In this document: piece after piece, positions 27,861 to 37,194 of the stretch
How positions within the stretch are numbered: the first letter of the stretch is position 1
How the letters are laid out: each line of letters begins with the position of its first letter
From: Polaromonas sp.
Lineage (GTDB): Bacteria > Pseudomonadota > Gammaproteobacteria > Burkholderiales > Burkholderiaceae_C
Direction: 5' to 3'
Length of the DNA: 64,000 nt
NCBI RefSeq assembly: GCF_012927455.1
Contig: NZ_JABBPE010000003.1
Coordinates: 18,970 to 82,969 of the forward strand
The notes under the pieces: model-generated
Told to the model about the DNA's origin: nothing
Database searches by the model: none
Seen by the model: the letters and a program-made list of their open reading frames with translations, nothing else
Position numbers and translations under genes: made by a program

Positions 27861-29054
27861 ATGAAACTGAAAGCACTTGTCGCCGCCCTGGCCATTGGTT
27901 TGGGCGCAACCGCTTACGCGCAGAACACCGGCCCGGTCAAAATCGGCTTCATCACCGACATGTCCAGCCTGTACGCCGATATCGACGGGCCGGCTGGCGG
28001 CGAAATGATCAGGTGGGCAGCGCAGGACTTTGGCGGCAAGGTGCTGAATCGCCCCATCGAAGTGTTGACCGCCGACCACCAGAACAAGGCCGACGTGGCC
28101 AGTTCCAAGGCGCGCGAGTGGATGGACAAAGACGGGCTGAGCATGCTGATAGGCGGCACCAGTTCGGGCACGGCGCTGGCCATGTCCAAAATCGCGGCCG
28201 AAAAGAAGCGCCCCTTCATCTCCATAGGCGCGGGCTCTGCCCGCCTGACCAATGAAGACTGCACGCCTTACACCGTGCATTACGCCTATGACACCGTGGC
28301 GCTGGCCAAAGTGGCCGGCTCGGCCCTGGTCAAGGCTGGCAACAAGAACTGGTTCTTCCTGACAGCCGACTACGCATTTGGCTATTCGCTGGAGGGCGAC
28401 GCTTCCACCGTGGTCAAGGCCAACGGCGGCACCGTGGCGGGCGCCGTGCGGCACCCCCTCAATGCCTCTGACTTTTCATCGTTCCTGTTGCAGGCGCAAT
28501 CTTCCAAGGCGCAGATCCTCGGTCTGGCCAACGCCGGCGGTGACTTCACCAACGCGATGAAGGCGGCCAAGGAATTCGGCATCACCAAGACCATGAAAGT
28601 GGCGGGCTTGCTGGTGTTCATCAACGACGTGCACAGCCTGGGCCTAGCCAATACTGAGGGCCTGCAACTGGCCGACAGCTGGTACTGGAACCAGGACGAC
28701 GCCTCCCGCAAGTTTGCCAAGCGCTTTTTTGACAAGTACAAGCGCATGCCTTCAAGCCTGCAAGCGGCTGATTACTCTGCCGCCACCAACTACCTGAAGG
28801 CCGTGCAAACCGCCGGCACGACTGATGCCGACAAGGTGATGAGCACACTCAAGAGCATGAAGATTGACGACTTCTACAACAAGGGCCAGATCCGCGCCGA
28901 TGGCCGCATGATTCACGACATGTACCTGTTCGAAGTAAAGAGCGCCAAGGAGTCCAGCACGCCATGGGATTACTACAAAACCGTGGCCAAGGTTCCGGGT
29001 GAACAGGCCTTCACGACGGCTGCCGAGTCCAAGTGTTCGCTAATGAAGAAATAA
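27861..29054 (+). CDS. ABC substrate-binding protein (Liv-type, Peripla_BP_6)
   Basis: Signal peptide, VKIGFITDMSSLYADIDG, DHQNKADVA, TADYAFG. Confidence 0.9.
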   Translation: MKLKALVAALAIGLGATAYAQNTGPVKIGFITDMSSLYADIDGPAGGEMIRWAAQDFGGKVLNRPIEVLTADHQNKADVASSKAREWMDKDGLSMLIGGTSSGTALAMSKIAAEKKRPFISIGAGSARLTNEDCTPYTVHYAYDTVALAKVAGSALVKAGNKNWFFLTADYAFGYSLEGDASTVVKANGGTVAGAVRHPLNASDFSSFLLQAQSSKAQILGLANAGGDFTNAMKAAKEFGITKTMKVAGLLVFINDVHSLGLANTEGLQLADSWYWNQDDASRKFAKRFFDKYKRMPSSLQAADYSAATNYLKAVQTAGTTDADKVMSTLKSMKIDDFYNKGQIRADGRMIHDMYLFEVKSAKESSTPWDYYKTVAKVPGEQAFTTAAESKCSLMKK

Positions 29055-29065
29055 GCCGATCCCCG

Positions 29066-29100
29066 GTGGCTGTGCGCGCTTGCATGCGGCCACTTCTTTC
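29066..29100 (+). terminator. Weak hairpin after the substrate-binding gene
   Basis: GTGGC...GCCAC stem followed by TTCTTTC. Confidence 0.35.
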
Positions 29101-29146
29101 GCTTATTCTCTTTTCATCTCCTCACGACGTGCACTGACGGGTCCTC

Positions 29147-30031
29147 ATGGAAATTTTCGGCATTCCCCTTCAAGCGTTTTTGGGCCAGCTTTTGCTCGGT
29201 CTGGTCAATGGCGCGTTTTACGCCCTGCTCAGCCTGGGGCTGGCGGTTATTTTTGGGCTGCTCGGCATCGTCAACTTTGCGCACGGTGCGCTGTACATGC
29301 TGGGCGCGTTTGCCGCCTGGATCATGCTTGACCAGTTCGGTATCAACTACTGGGCCGCGCTGTTTCTGGCCCCGCTGGTCGTAGGCGTCCTCGGCATGGT
29401 GATCGAGCGCCTGTTCCTCAAACATCTGTACAAGCTTGACCCGCTGTACGGGTTGCTGCTGACCTTTGGCCTGGCGCTGATCGCTGAAGGCCTTTTCCGC
29501 GAGATGTATGGCGTGTCGGGCCAGAACTACAACGTGCCCGAACTGCTGTCCGGCGCGACCAATCTCGGTTTCATGATACTGCCCAACTACCGCGCCTGGG
29601 TGGTCCTGGTGTCGCTGGTGGTTTGCCTGGGCACCTGGTTTCTTATTGAGCGCACGCGGCTGGGCGCCTATCTGCGCGCCGGTACCGAGAACGCGCCGCT
29701 GGTGCAGGCGTTTGGCGTCAACGTTCCCATAATGGTGATGTGCACTTATGGCGCGGGCGCCGCACTGGCCGCGCTGGCCGGCGTGCTGGCCGCGCCCATC
29801 ATCCAGGTCAACCCGCTGATGGGCTCCAACCTGATCATCGTGGTGTTTGCCGTGGTAGTCATAGGCGGCATGGGCTCGATTCTGGGCTCCATCGTGACCG
29901 GCCTGGGGCTGGGTTTGATCGAGGGCATGACCCGCGTTTTTTACCCGGAGGCGTCCAATATCGTGGTGTTTGTCATCATGGTCCTGGTGCTGATGGTCAG
30001 GCCGGCAGGCCTGTTTGGCAAGGAGGCATGA
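29147..30031 (+). CDS. livH: LivH-like permease
   Basis: GLVNGAFYALLSLGL, VNFAHGALYMLG, VVIGGMGSILG, RPAGLFG. Confidence 0.9.
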   Translation: MEIFGIPLQAFLGQLLLGLVNGAFYALLSLGLAVIFGLLGIVNFAHGALYMLGAFAAWIMLDQFGINYWAALFLAPLVVGVLGMVIERLFLKHLYKLDPLYGLLLTFGLALIAEGLFREMYGVSGQNYNVPELLSGATNLGFMILPNYRAWVVLVSLVVCLGTWFLIERTRLGAYLRAGTENAPLVQAFGVNVPIMVMCTYGAGAALAALAGVLAAPIIQVNPLMGSNLIIVVFAVVVIGGMGSILGSIVTGLGLGLIEGMTRVFYPEASNIVVFVIMVLVLMVRPAGLFGKEA

Positions 30032-30034
30032 GCC

Positions 30035-31066
30035 ATGACTGAAGCTGTGAACCCTACCACCTCCACCTCCGCGCCGTTGAAGCCGCCCGCGAACCCTGCG
30101 AGCAGATTCAAACAGATCACTCGCATCACCTATCTGGCGTTGCTGGCGCTGGCGCTACTGGCACCCATGATTGGCCTGTACCCGGTGTTTGTCATGAAGC
30201 TGCTGTGCTTCGCGCTGTTTGCGTGCGCCTTTAATTTGTTGCTGGGCTTTACCGGTTTGCTGTCGTTTGGCCACGCCGCCTTCTTCGGCTCGGCCGCCTA
30301 CGTGACCGGCTGGTTTGTCAAATCACAAAACTGGACGCCCGAGATGGCCGTGCTGGCTGGCGCCGTGGCGGCCGGGCTGATTGGTCTAGTGGTGGGTCTG
30401 GTCGCCATCCGGCGTCAGGGCATTTACTTTGCCATGATCACGCTGGCGATTGCGCAAATGGTGTATTTTGTCTGCCTGCAGGCATCTTTTACCGGCGGCG
30501 AGGACGGCTTGCAGGGGGTGCCGCGCGGCCAGCTACTGGGCCTGTTCTCGCTCGAATCCGACACCGCGATGTATTACTTTGTCGTGGCGGTTTTTGTACT
30601 GTGCTTTCTGTTCATCGCGCGCATCGTCAATTCACCGTTTGGCCAGGTGCTCAAGATGATCCGCGAGAACGAGCCGCGCGCCATCTCGCTGGGCTACCAG
30701 GTCGACCGCTACAAGTTGCTGGCTTTCATGCTGTCGGCTGCGCTGGCCGGGCTGGCGGGCTCGCTCAAGACGCTGGTTATGGGTTTTGCCACACTGTCCG
30801 ATGTGCACTGGTCCATGTCGGGCGAGGTAATTTTGATGACGTTGCTGGGCGGCGTGGGCACCTTCTTCGGCCCGGTCTTCGGCGCAGGCGTGGTGATCTC
30901 GCTGCAAAACCTGCTGGCCGACAAAGTCGGTTCCTGGGTCACAGTGATCATTGGCGCCATCTTCGTGATCTGCGTGCTGGCCTTCCGCAAAGGTGTGGTC
31001 GGCGAACTGCAGGCGTTCATGGAACGCCGGCGCAATGCTGCTTTGAAGGCCAAGCCGGCCAATTAA
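30035..31066 (+). CDS. livM: LivM-like permease
   Basis: GFTGLLSFGHAAFFG, GIYFAMITLA, TGGEDG, IRENEPRAISLG. Confidence 0.9.
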   Translation: MTEAVNPTTSTSAPLKPPANPASRFKQITRITYLALLALALLAPMIGLYPVFVMKLLCFALFACAFNLLLGFTGLLSFGHAAFFGSAAYVTGWFVKSQNWTPEMAVLAGAVAAGLIGLVVGLVAIRRQGIYFAMITLAIAQMVYFVCLQASFTGGEDGLQGVPRGQLLGLFSLESDTAMYYFVVAVFVLCFLFIARIVNSPFGQVLKMIRENEPRAISLGYQVDRYKLLAFMLSAALAGLAGSLKTLVMGFATLSDVHWSMSGEVILMTLLGGVGTFFGPVFGAGVVISLQNLLADKVGSWVTVIIGAIFVICVLAFRKGVVGELQAFMERRRNAALKAKPAN

Positions 31067-31274
31067 GCCGCCTCCAATGAAACGCTTCGGAGCCCCATTT
31101 CTGACCGTCAGCCGCCAGCCAATCAAGCCAGCGCCGGCCCGCACCGCCTGGCGCATGAAAAACCTGCACCCGCGCGACAAAATCTGACGCAAACCGCGGT
31201 GCAGCACCATGGCACTATTCGCACTATTCGCACTATTCGCCCAGTTTCCCCCGGCTTCAAGCTGCAGAGGCACC

Positions 31275-31660
31275 ATGAACCTCGCCTCCCTGCGTATCGC
31301 CATCAGCGCTTGGCGCCTGCGCTTCCATCAGCGTCAACCCGCCTGGCGTGTATGGCCGCGTGAACAGGGGCGAGCCCGTTCCCCAAGCCGCATGGGTCAA
31401 CGCCCGCCCGGCGGTAATTACGCAAACGCCTGTGGCTGTGCAGCGCCAGCCCATCGACCTCTATGCGCTGCCGGCACACTCCAAGCAACTGGTCGCGTTG
31501 TAGCGGCCGTTACAACGCCTGCGCCCAGCCCGTCGTCTTTGGGACCGTTGGGTACGCAACCGCCATGCGCAGGCGCTCTGCGGAAATAATCGCGACCGTG
31601 ATGGCTACGGCGTGCGCAGCTCGCGGGGCGGTCAGCCTAACAACCCCAACCGGCGTTGAC
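31275..31660 (+). pseudogene. Frameshifted remnant of a small secreted Pro-rich hypothetical protein
   Basis: Pieces in different frames: SISVNPPGVYGRV...ITQTPVAVQRQPIDLYALPAHSKQ, then NWSRCSGRYNACAQPVVF. These match my recollection of a betaproteobacterial family (QPGVYGRV..IYLxVPPGH.K.W..hC.RY.ACgqPVYFV). Confidence 0.55.
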
Positions 31661-31695
31661 TGACACCGACCGTTGGGACAGCAAGACGGTGATTT

Positions 31696-31745
31696 GCTAT
31701 AAATTTAATAGCTGCTCGCGCAAGCAGCGCTTGCGTCAGGGGACT
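31696..31745 (+). repeat. GCTAT-N7-ATAGC repeat, copy 6 (divergent tail)
   Basis: GCTAT-AAATTTA-ATAGC-TGCTCGCGCAAGCAGCGCTTGCGTCAGGGG. Confidence 0.75.
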
Positions 31746-31763
31746 AAAATGCTTAAAAATTAC

Positions 31764-32489
31764 TTAAAACGGCAGTTTTTGATTCCGGTAGTCCACCAGA
31801 CACCCTGTATCAGCCGGCACCAGCCCGCCGAGCACCGCCAGCAAATCATCAGCGGCGTCTTGCGCCGGCCGCACCTTCAAACCCGTTTTGGCAAAGGGCT
31901 GGCTTAACGCCGTATCTACCGTACCCGGATGCAGCGCCACGCAAATGCTTTGCCGGTTGCGGCGCGTCAACTCAATCGATGCGGTTTTGACCAGCTGGTT
32001 CAACGCCGCCTTGGACGCCCGATAACCGTACCAGCCACCCAGTGCGTTGTCGCCAATGCTGCCGACCCTGGCCGATACAAACCCCGCCACGCAGCGACCC
32101 TGCCGGGGCAACAGCGGCAGGAAATGCTTCATCACCAGCGCCGGGCCCAAAGTGTTGATGGCGAACACGTGGGTCAGGTAGGCCGCGTCCAGATTAGCCC
32201 AGCTGCGTTCAGGCTGGCCGGGCTCACCATGAAGAAAACCGGTGGCAACCACCAGCAGGCGAAGCTCAAGACTCGCCTGCCTGCACACCGCTGCCACCGC
32301 CTGCGCTGCGGCAGCGATGCTGCTTTCATCCAGGTAGTCGATGCGCAACTCCGCATGGCGCCCCAAACCCAGCACGCGGGCGTAGCTGCCCTGCTGCAAT
32401 CGGGCCAGCAAGGCAGCGCCCAGCCCGCCACCCGCGCCTATCACTGCGGCCAGGCCGGCAGACGCGATGGCAGCGGGCGTCCCGGTCAT
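31764..32489 (-). CDS. Short-chain dehydrogenase, CsgA/C-factor-like
   Basis: VIGAGGGLG, SARVGSIGDNALGGWYGYRASKAALN (YxxxK), LHPGTVDT. Start at MTGTP, 1 nt after the dbpA stop. Confidence 0.85.
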   Translation of the reverse strand: MTGTPAAIASAGLAAVIGAGGGLGAALLARLQQGSYARVLGLGRHAELRIDYLDESSIAAAAQAVAAVCRQASLELRLLVVATGFLHGEPGQPERSWANLDAAYLTHVFAINTLGPALVMKHFLPLLPRQGRCVAGFVSARVGSIGDNALGGWYGYRASKAALNQLVKTASIELTRRNRQSICVALHPGTVDTALSQPFAKTGLKVRPAQDAADDLLAVLGGLVPADTGCLVDYRNQKLPF

Positions 32490-32490
32490 C

Positions 32491-33897
32491 TCAAGCCTCG
32501 TCCATGAAACGCACTTTGACGCTTTTCCCCTTGACCTTGCCGCTGGAGAGCTTTTGCTGCGCCTCATTGGCAATCGCGCGATCCACTGCGACATAGGTGG
32601 AAAACTCGTTGACGTTGATCTTGCCGACCTGCTCGCGCGTGAAACCGGCCTCGCCGGTGAGAGCACCCAGCACATCACCGGCGCGGATTTTCTCCTTGCG
32701 GCCGCCGACAATTTGCAGCGTGACCATGGGCGGCAGCAAGGGCTCGTTGCTGGCCGGCGTCAGATCGCCCAGCTTGTGCCATTCGGACTCGGCTTTTTGC
32801 AGCTGCTCGATTTTTCCGACCGAGCCCATCTCGTCCATGCTGGCCAGGCTGATCGCCCAGCCTTCTTCGTCGGCACGGCCGGTGCGGCCAATGCGGTGAA
32901 TGTGGACTTCGGCATCGGGCGTGACATCGACATTGATGACCATCTCAAGCTGCGAAATATCGAGCCCGCGCGCCGCCACATCGGTGGCCACCAGCACCGA
33001 GCAGCTGCGATTGGAAAACTGCACCAGTACCTGGTCGCGCTCGCGCTGCTCCAGCTCACCGAACAGCGCCAGCGCACTGAAGCCCTGGCTTTTGAGCAGC
33101 GCCACCAGCGCGCGGCATTGCGACTTGGTGTTGCAAAAAGCCAGTGTGCTGGCGGGCCGGTAGTGGCGCAGCACTTGCGCCACGGCATTGAGGCGCGCCT
33201 CGTCATGGTCGCTATCGGGCACCTGGTACCAGCGCTGGCGGATTTTGCTTTTTTCGTGCTGCGCCTGCACCGCGATGGTTTGCGGCTGCTTCATGAACTG
33301 CTGGCTGATTTTGGCGATACCTTCCGGGTAGGTCGCCGAAAACAGCAGGGTTTGCCGTTCTTTAGGGCACTGTTTGGCCACCGTCGCAATGTCGTCATAG
33401 AAGCCCATGTCGAGCATGCGGTCGGCCTCATCCAGCACCAGCGTGTTCATGGCCTCCAGATTGAGGTTGCCGCGCCCCAAGTGGTCCATGATGCGGCCCG
33501 GCGTGCCGACCACAATGTGCGCGCCGTTCTCCAGGCTAGCCGTCTGGTTGCGCAACGGAACACCGCCGCACAGCACCACCACCTTGACGTTTTCTTCAGC
33601 CCGCGCCAGGCGGCGGATCTCGGTCGCGACTTGATCGGCCAGTTCACGCGTCGGGCACAGCACCAGGGCCTGCACGGCAAAACGCCGAACGTTGAGCTTG
33701 GCCAGCAGCGCCAGCGCAAACGCCGCCGTCTTGCCGCTGCCGGTCTTGGCCTGGGCAATCAGGTCTTTGCCGAGCAGCGCCACCGGCAGGCTGGCAGCCT
33801 GAATCGGCGTCATCTGCAGGTACCCGAGCTGCTGCAGATTGGCCAGCACGTGGGCCGGTAGCGAGAGGGCGCTGAAGTCAGTAGGAGAAGTAGTCAT
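32491..33897 (-). CDS. dbpA: ATP-dependent RNA helicase DbpA
   Basis: Q motif, AKTGSGKT, PTRELA, DEAD, SAT, ARGLD, HRIGRTGR, and the DbpA C-terminal RNA-binding domain (GGRKEKIRAGDVLGAL). Confidence 0.93.
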   Translation of the reverse strand: MTTSPTDFSALSLPAHVLANLQQLGYLQMTPIQAASLPVALLGKDLIAQAKTGSGKTAAFALALLAKLNVRRFAVQALVLCPTRELADQVATEIRRLARAEENVKVVVLCGGVPLRNQTASLENGAHIVVGTPGRIMDHLGRGNLNLEAMNTLVLDEADRMLDMGFYDDIATVAKQCPKERQTLLFSATYPEGIAKISQQFMKQPQTIAVQAQHEKSKIRQRWYQVPDSDHDEARLNAVAQVLRHYRPASTLAFCNTKSQCRALVALLKSQGFSALALFGELEQRERDQVLVQFSNRSCSVLVATDVAARGLDISQLEMVINVDVTPDAEVHIHRIGRTGRADEEGWAISLASMDEMGSVGKIEQLQKAESEWHKLGDLTPASNEPLLPPMVTLQIVGGRKEKIRAGDVLGALTGEAGFTREQVGKINVNEFSTYVAVDRAIANEAQQKLSSGKVKGKSVKVRFMDEA

Positions 33898-33968
33898 ATA
33901 CCCCGATTATCGTGACTCGCGCCTTGCCCGCAGTGCAGCAGGGCTGGCAAGCAACATACCGGTAGGCC

Positions 33969-34330
33969 GTGGACGGTCCCGCTGGCTTGAACTTTTTGGC
34001 CGCTTTTGATGATTCAGCACCCCATGCAACTTGGATTAACTCAAGCGACGGCAAGGCACTTGGCGTGTTGGACCAGTTGTTTTCAGACACAGTTCAAACA
34101 ACGCTTTCGCCAGGCGTTTTCCGGGCATTTGCCTTGTTGACTCACCTTGGCGATCGTTCATGCTGACCGGCCTGGCCGTGGCAGGCGACTTTGCTCTGGC
34201 AACGCAGTGACGGCCGTGGTCCTCGTCGTTTGCGCCAGCCGGGGTTTTAGTACGGATGCATTTCACCACCGATGTGCTGGCCGGCATGGCTGGCGGTCTG
34301 CATCGGCGCGGTTTTCTGGTACCGTACCGC
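33969..34330 (+). pseudogene. Degraded PAP2-family phosphatase
   Basis: Fragments LDQLFS...FRAFALLTHLGD and, after frameshifts, VCASRG/VRMHFTTDVLAGM, resembling the PAP2 C3 motif SRvylgvHf.sDvlaG. The middle region is missing. Confidence 0.5.
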
Positions 34331-34466
34331 CGGCATGGGTGGGCAGGCACCCCGGCCTGAAACCTGCCTCTGGCCATAGGTCGCCTGGCGAGATCGGCGT
34401 ATCCCGGACCCAAAAACGATGCCCCGGCGACCTCGCGCGCAAAGCGCGATTCCGGCGAGCAGGTTA

Positions 34467-34505
34467 TTATATATTGCGTGCAATTTAATTTTTCTCAATA
34501 TATAA
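34467..34505. promoter_or_regulatory. Nested AT-rich palindromes upstream of the haloperoxidase gene
   Basis: TTATATATTG (34467-76) and CAATATATAA (34496-505) form a perfect 10-bp inverted repeat; ATTGC-GT-GCAAT overlaps at 34473-84. Confidence 0.5.
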
Positions 34506-34569
34506 CGGCGCCCCAAACTCATGATGCCGTTCTCTGCTTTTTTAACCTGACAACGAAAGCGAACCCTCC

Positions 34570-35550
34570 ATGTCCAAAAACAACGTCACTGCCAACGCAG
34601 GTCAATCGCGTCGCCATCTGCTTGTTGGCAGCCTTGCCGTGGCAGCCAGTGCAGGCGCGGCGGCTGCAACCCATGCCGGCAACGCTGCCCCCATGAAAGC
34701 TGACCACACAGCAGCCCGCCGCACCAACATGATCACCACCAAAGACGGCACCCAAATTTCTTACAAAGACTGGGGCTCCGGCCCGAACACCGTGGTCTTC
34801 AGCCATGGCTGGCCTTTAAGCGCTGACGCCTGGGAAGACCAGATGATGTATCTGGCCTCCAACGGCTACCGCTGCATTGCGCATGACCGGCGCGGACACG
34901 GCCGTTCCAGCCAGCCCTGGGAAGGTAACAACTACGACACCTTTGCGGCCGACCTCGACACCCTGGTGACGACACTGGACCTCAAAAACGCAACCTTCAT
35001 CGGTCACTCCATGGGCGGCGGTGAAGTCGCTCGCTACCTTGGCAAGTTCGGCAGCGCGCGCGCTTCCAAAGCGGTGCTGATCGCTGCGGTGACGCCGCTG
35101 ATGCTCAAGACCGACAACAACCCCGAAGGCACACCCATGAGTGCTTTTGACGGCATCCGCGCCGGCCTGCAGGCTGACCGCGCGCAGTTCTACAAGGATC
35201 TGACCACCCCGTTTTTCGGCTTCAACCGCACCGGCATCAAGGACTCGCAAGGCCGCCGCGACACCTTCACCGCGCTCGGCATGCAGTCCAGCCTGCGCAG
35301 CTCGTACGAGTGCGTCAAGCAGTTTTCAGAAACCGACTTCACGCAAGACCTGAAAAAAATGACGCTGCCGACGCTGGTCATCCACGGAGATGACGACCAG
35401 ATCGTGCCTATCGCCCCGTCCGCCATTGCGGCATCAAAGATTCTGAAAAATGCCCGTCTTGAAGTTTACAAAGGCGGCTCGCACGCGATTCCGCAAATGA
35501 ACAAGGACAAGCTCAATACGGACTTGCTGGCGTTCCTTAAGCAGGTCTGA
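34570..35550 (+). CDS. Non-heme haloperoxidase / aryl-esterase-type alpha/beta hydrolase
   Basis: [16 protein letters not shown], nucleophile [18 protein letters not shown]. Tat-like leader precedes the classical MITTKDG start at 34729. Confidence 0.88.
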   Translation: MSKNNVTANAGQSRRHLLVGSLAVAASAGAAAATHAGNAAPMKADHTAARRTNMITTKDGTQISYKDWGSGPNTVVFSHGWPLSADAWEDQMMYLASNGYRCIAHDRRGHGRSSQPWEGNNYDTFAADLDTLVTTLDLKNATFIGHSMGGGEVARYLGKFGSARASKAVLIAAVTPLMLKTDNNPEGTPMSAFDGIRAGLQADRAQFYKDLTTPFFGFNRTGIKDSQGRRDTFTALGMQSSLRSSYECVKQFSETDFTQDLKKMTLPTLVIHGDDDQIVPIAPSAIAASKILKNARLEVYKGGSHAIPQMNKDKLNTDLLAFLKQV

Positions 35551-35727
35551 GCAGCGACGGGCGGCGGCTTTACGGGAGCAACAGTCAAATAGGCGCCAGG
35601 TTTTTGATGCATTGAGCCGCCCATCTGCCGGTATGCTGGCATGCGCGGGGACATGACCCCACCGGCGAGCGGTTGCTGCCCGGTGGTAAGGTCAGTACGC
35701 CCCTTCGCGTAAACAGGAAAAACCTAT

Positions 35728-37137
35728 ATGCAGACTTTCGACTTCGATCTTTTTGTTATCGGCGGCGGTAGTGGCGGTGTGCGCGCCGCCCGCATGGCGG
35801 CCCAGCGCGGCGCCCGTGTTGGCTTGGCTGAAGTGGCCAAGATGGGCGGCACCTGTGTCAATTTGGGCTGCATCCCGAAAAAGCTCTACAGCTACGCGGC
35901 GCACTTTGCCGAAAGCTTTGAAGAATCGCACGGCTTTGGCTGGGTTGGCGAGGCGCCCAGGCTGAACTGGGAAACCCTCAAATCCAATCGCGCCCGCGAG
36001 ATTTCGCGGCTCAACGGCATTTATCTGCAGCTACTCCAAGGCTCGGGCGTACACATTCTTGAAGGCTGGGCCACGCTGGTCGATGCGCACACGGTAGCGG
36101 TAGCCGGCCAGCACTACACGGCTAAGTCGATCCTGATTGCCACCGGCGGCAAACCCAGCATTCCCGCCGTGGCGGGCTGCGAGCATGTCATCACGTCCAA
36201 CGAGATGTTTGACTTGTCGCCCTTCCCGCAGCGCCTGCTGGTGGTGGGCGGCGGCTACATCGCCTGCGAGTTTGCCTCGATCTTCAACGGGCTTGGCAGC
36301 CAGGTCACGCAACTCTACCGCGGCCATCAGGTGCTGCGCGGCTTTGATGAGGAAGTTCGCGCCTTCATTGCCAGTGAAATGGTCAAGACCGGCATCACCC
36401 TGCACCTCAATACCGACGTGGCCGCCATAGCGCGCTCCGGCAAGGACCTGCAGGTGCGGCTGGTCGATGGCAGCCACATCAGCGTCGATGCGGTGCTGTA
36501 CGCCACCGGCCGGGTTCCGCTGGTCGAGGGTTTGGGCCTGGAAACAGCGGGCGTCAAGCAAAACGCGCTCGGGGCGATTCAAGTGAACGAGCAGTACCAG
36601 ACCTCGGTGCCGTCTATCTACGCGCTGGGCGATGTGACCGCGCGCATCCAGCTCACGCCGGTGGCGCTGGGCGAAGCCATGGTGGTAGTCGATCAGCTGT
36701 TTGGCCCGCAAGCAGGCCAAAAACCGCGCAGCATGAGCTACGAGTTCATTCCCACGGCGGTGTTTACCCATCCGAATATCGGCACGGTCGGCTATTCCGA
36801 GGCGGATGCGTGCGAAAAATTCGGCAAAATCCGCGTTTACCGCAGCGACTTCAAAGCGCTCAAGCACACGCTGAGCGGCAGCACCGAGCGCACGCTGATG
36901 AAGCTGCTGGTTGAAGACGCCACCGACCGCGTGGTCGGCCTGCACATGGTCGGGCCGGACGCCGGCGAGATCGTGCAGGGTTTTGCCGTGGCCATGAAGG
37001 CCGGAGCCACCAAGGAAATCTTCGACAGCACCATTGGCATACACCCCACCGTGGCTGAAGAATTTGTGACGATGCGCGAGCCCGTCAACGCCGGTGCCGG
37101 GTTGCCGACCGTGACGACACGCATTGACAGCCCTTGA
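35728..37137 (+). CDS. gor: Glutathione reductase
   Basis: GGGSGG, redox-active GGTCVNLGCIPKK, GGGYIACE with downstream YRG, TIGIHPTVAEEF. Confidence 0.92.
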   Translation: MQTFDFDLFVIGGGSGGVRAARMAAQRGARVGLAEVAKMGGTCVNLGCIPKKLYSYAAHFAESFEESHGFGWVGEAPRLNWETLKSNRAREISRLNGIYLQLLQGSGVHILEGWATLVDAHTVAVAGQHYTAKSILIATGGKPSIPAVAGCEHVITSNEMFDLSPFPQRLLVVGGGYIACEFASIFNGLGSQVTQLYRGHQVLRGFDEEVRAFIASEMVKTGITLHLNTDVAAIARSGKDLQVRLVDGSHISVDAVLYATGRVPLVEGLGLETAGVKQNALGAIQVNEQYQTSVPSIYALGDVTARIQLTPVALGEAMVVVDQLFGPQAGQKPRSMSYEFIPTAVFTHPNIGTVGYSEADACEKFGKIRVYRSDFKALKHTLSGSTERTLMKLLVEDATDRVVGLHMVGPDAGEIVQGFAVAMKAGATKEIFDSTIGIHPTVAEEFVTMREPVNAGAGLPTVTTRIDSP

Positions 37138-37194
37138 TGACCCAGCTCAGCATCACCGTAGCGCCCGCCTCCATCCAAAAAGCTAAAGCCCCCC

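Noticed and set aside
32467-33861. 464-aa plus-strand ORF
   Set aside because: Antisense to dbpA with no motifs; typical stop-free shadow in GC-rich DNA.
35551-35727. Structured intergenic region before gor as a riboswitch
   Set aside because: It contains hairpins (CCACCGG/CCGGTGG) but no riboswitch consensus I recognise; an Rfam scan would be needed.
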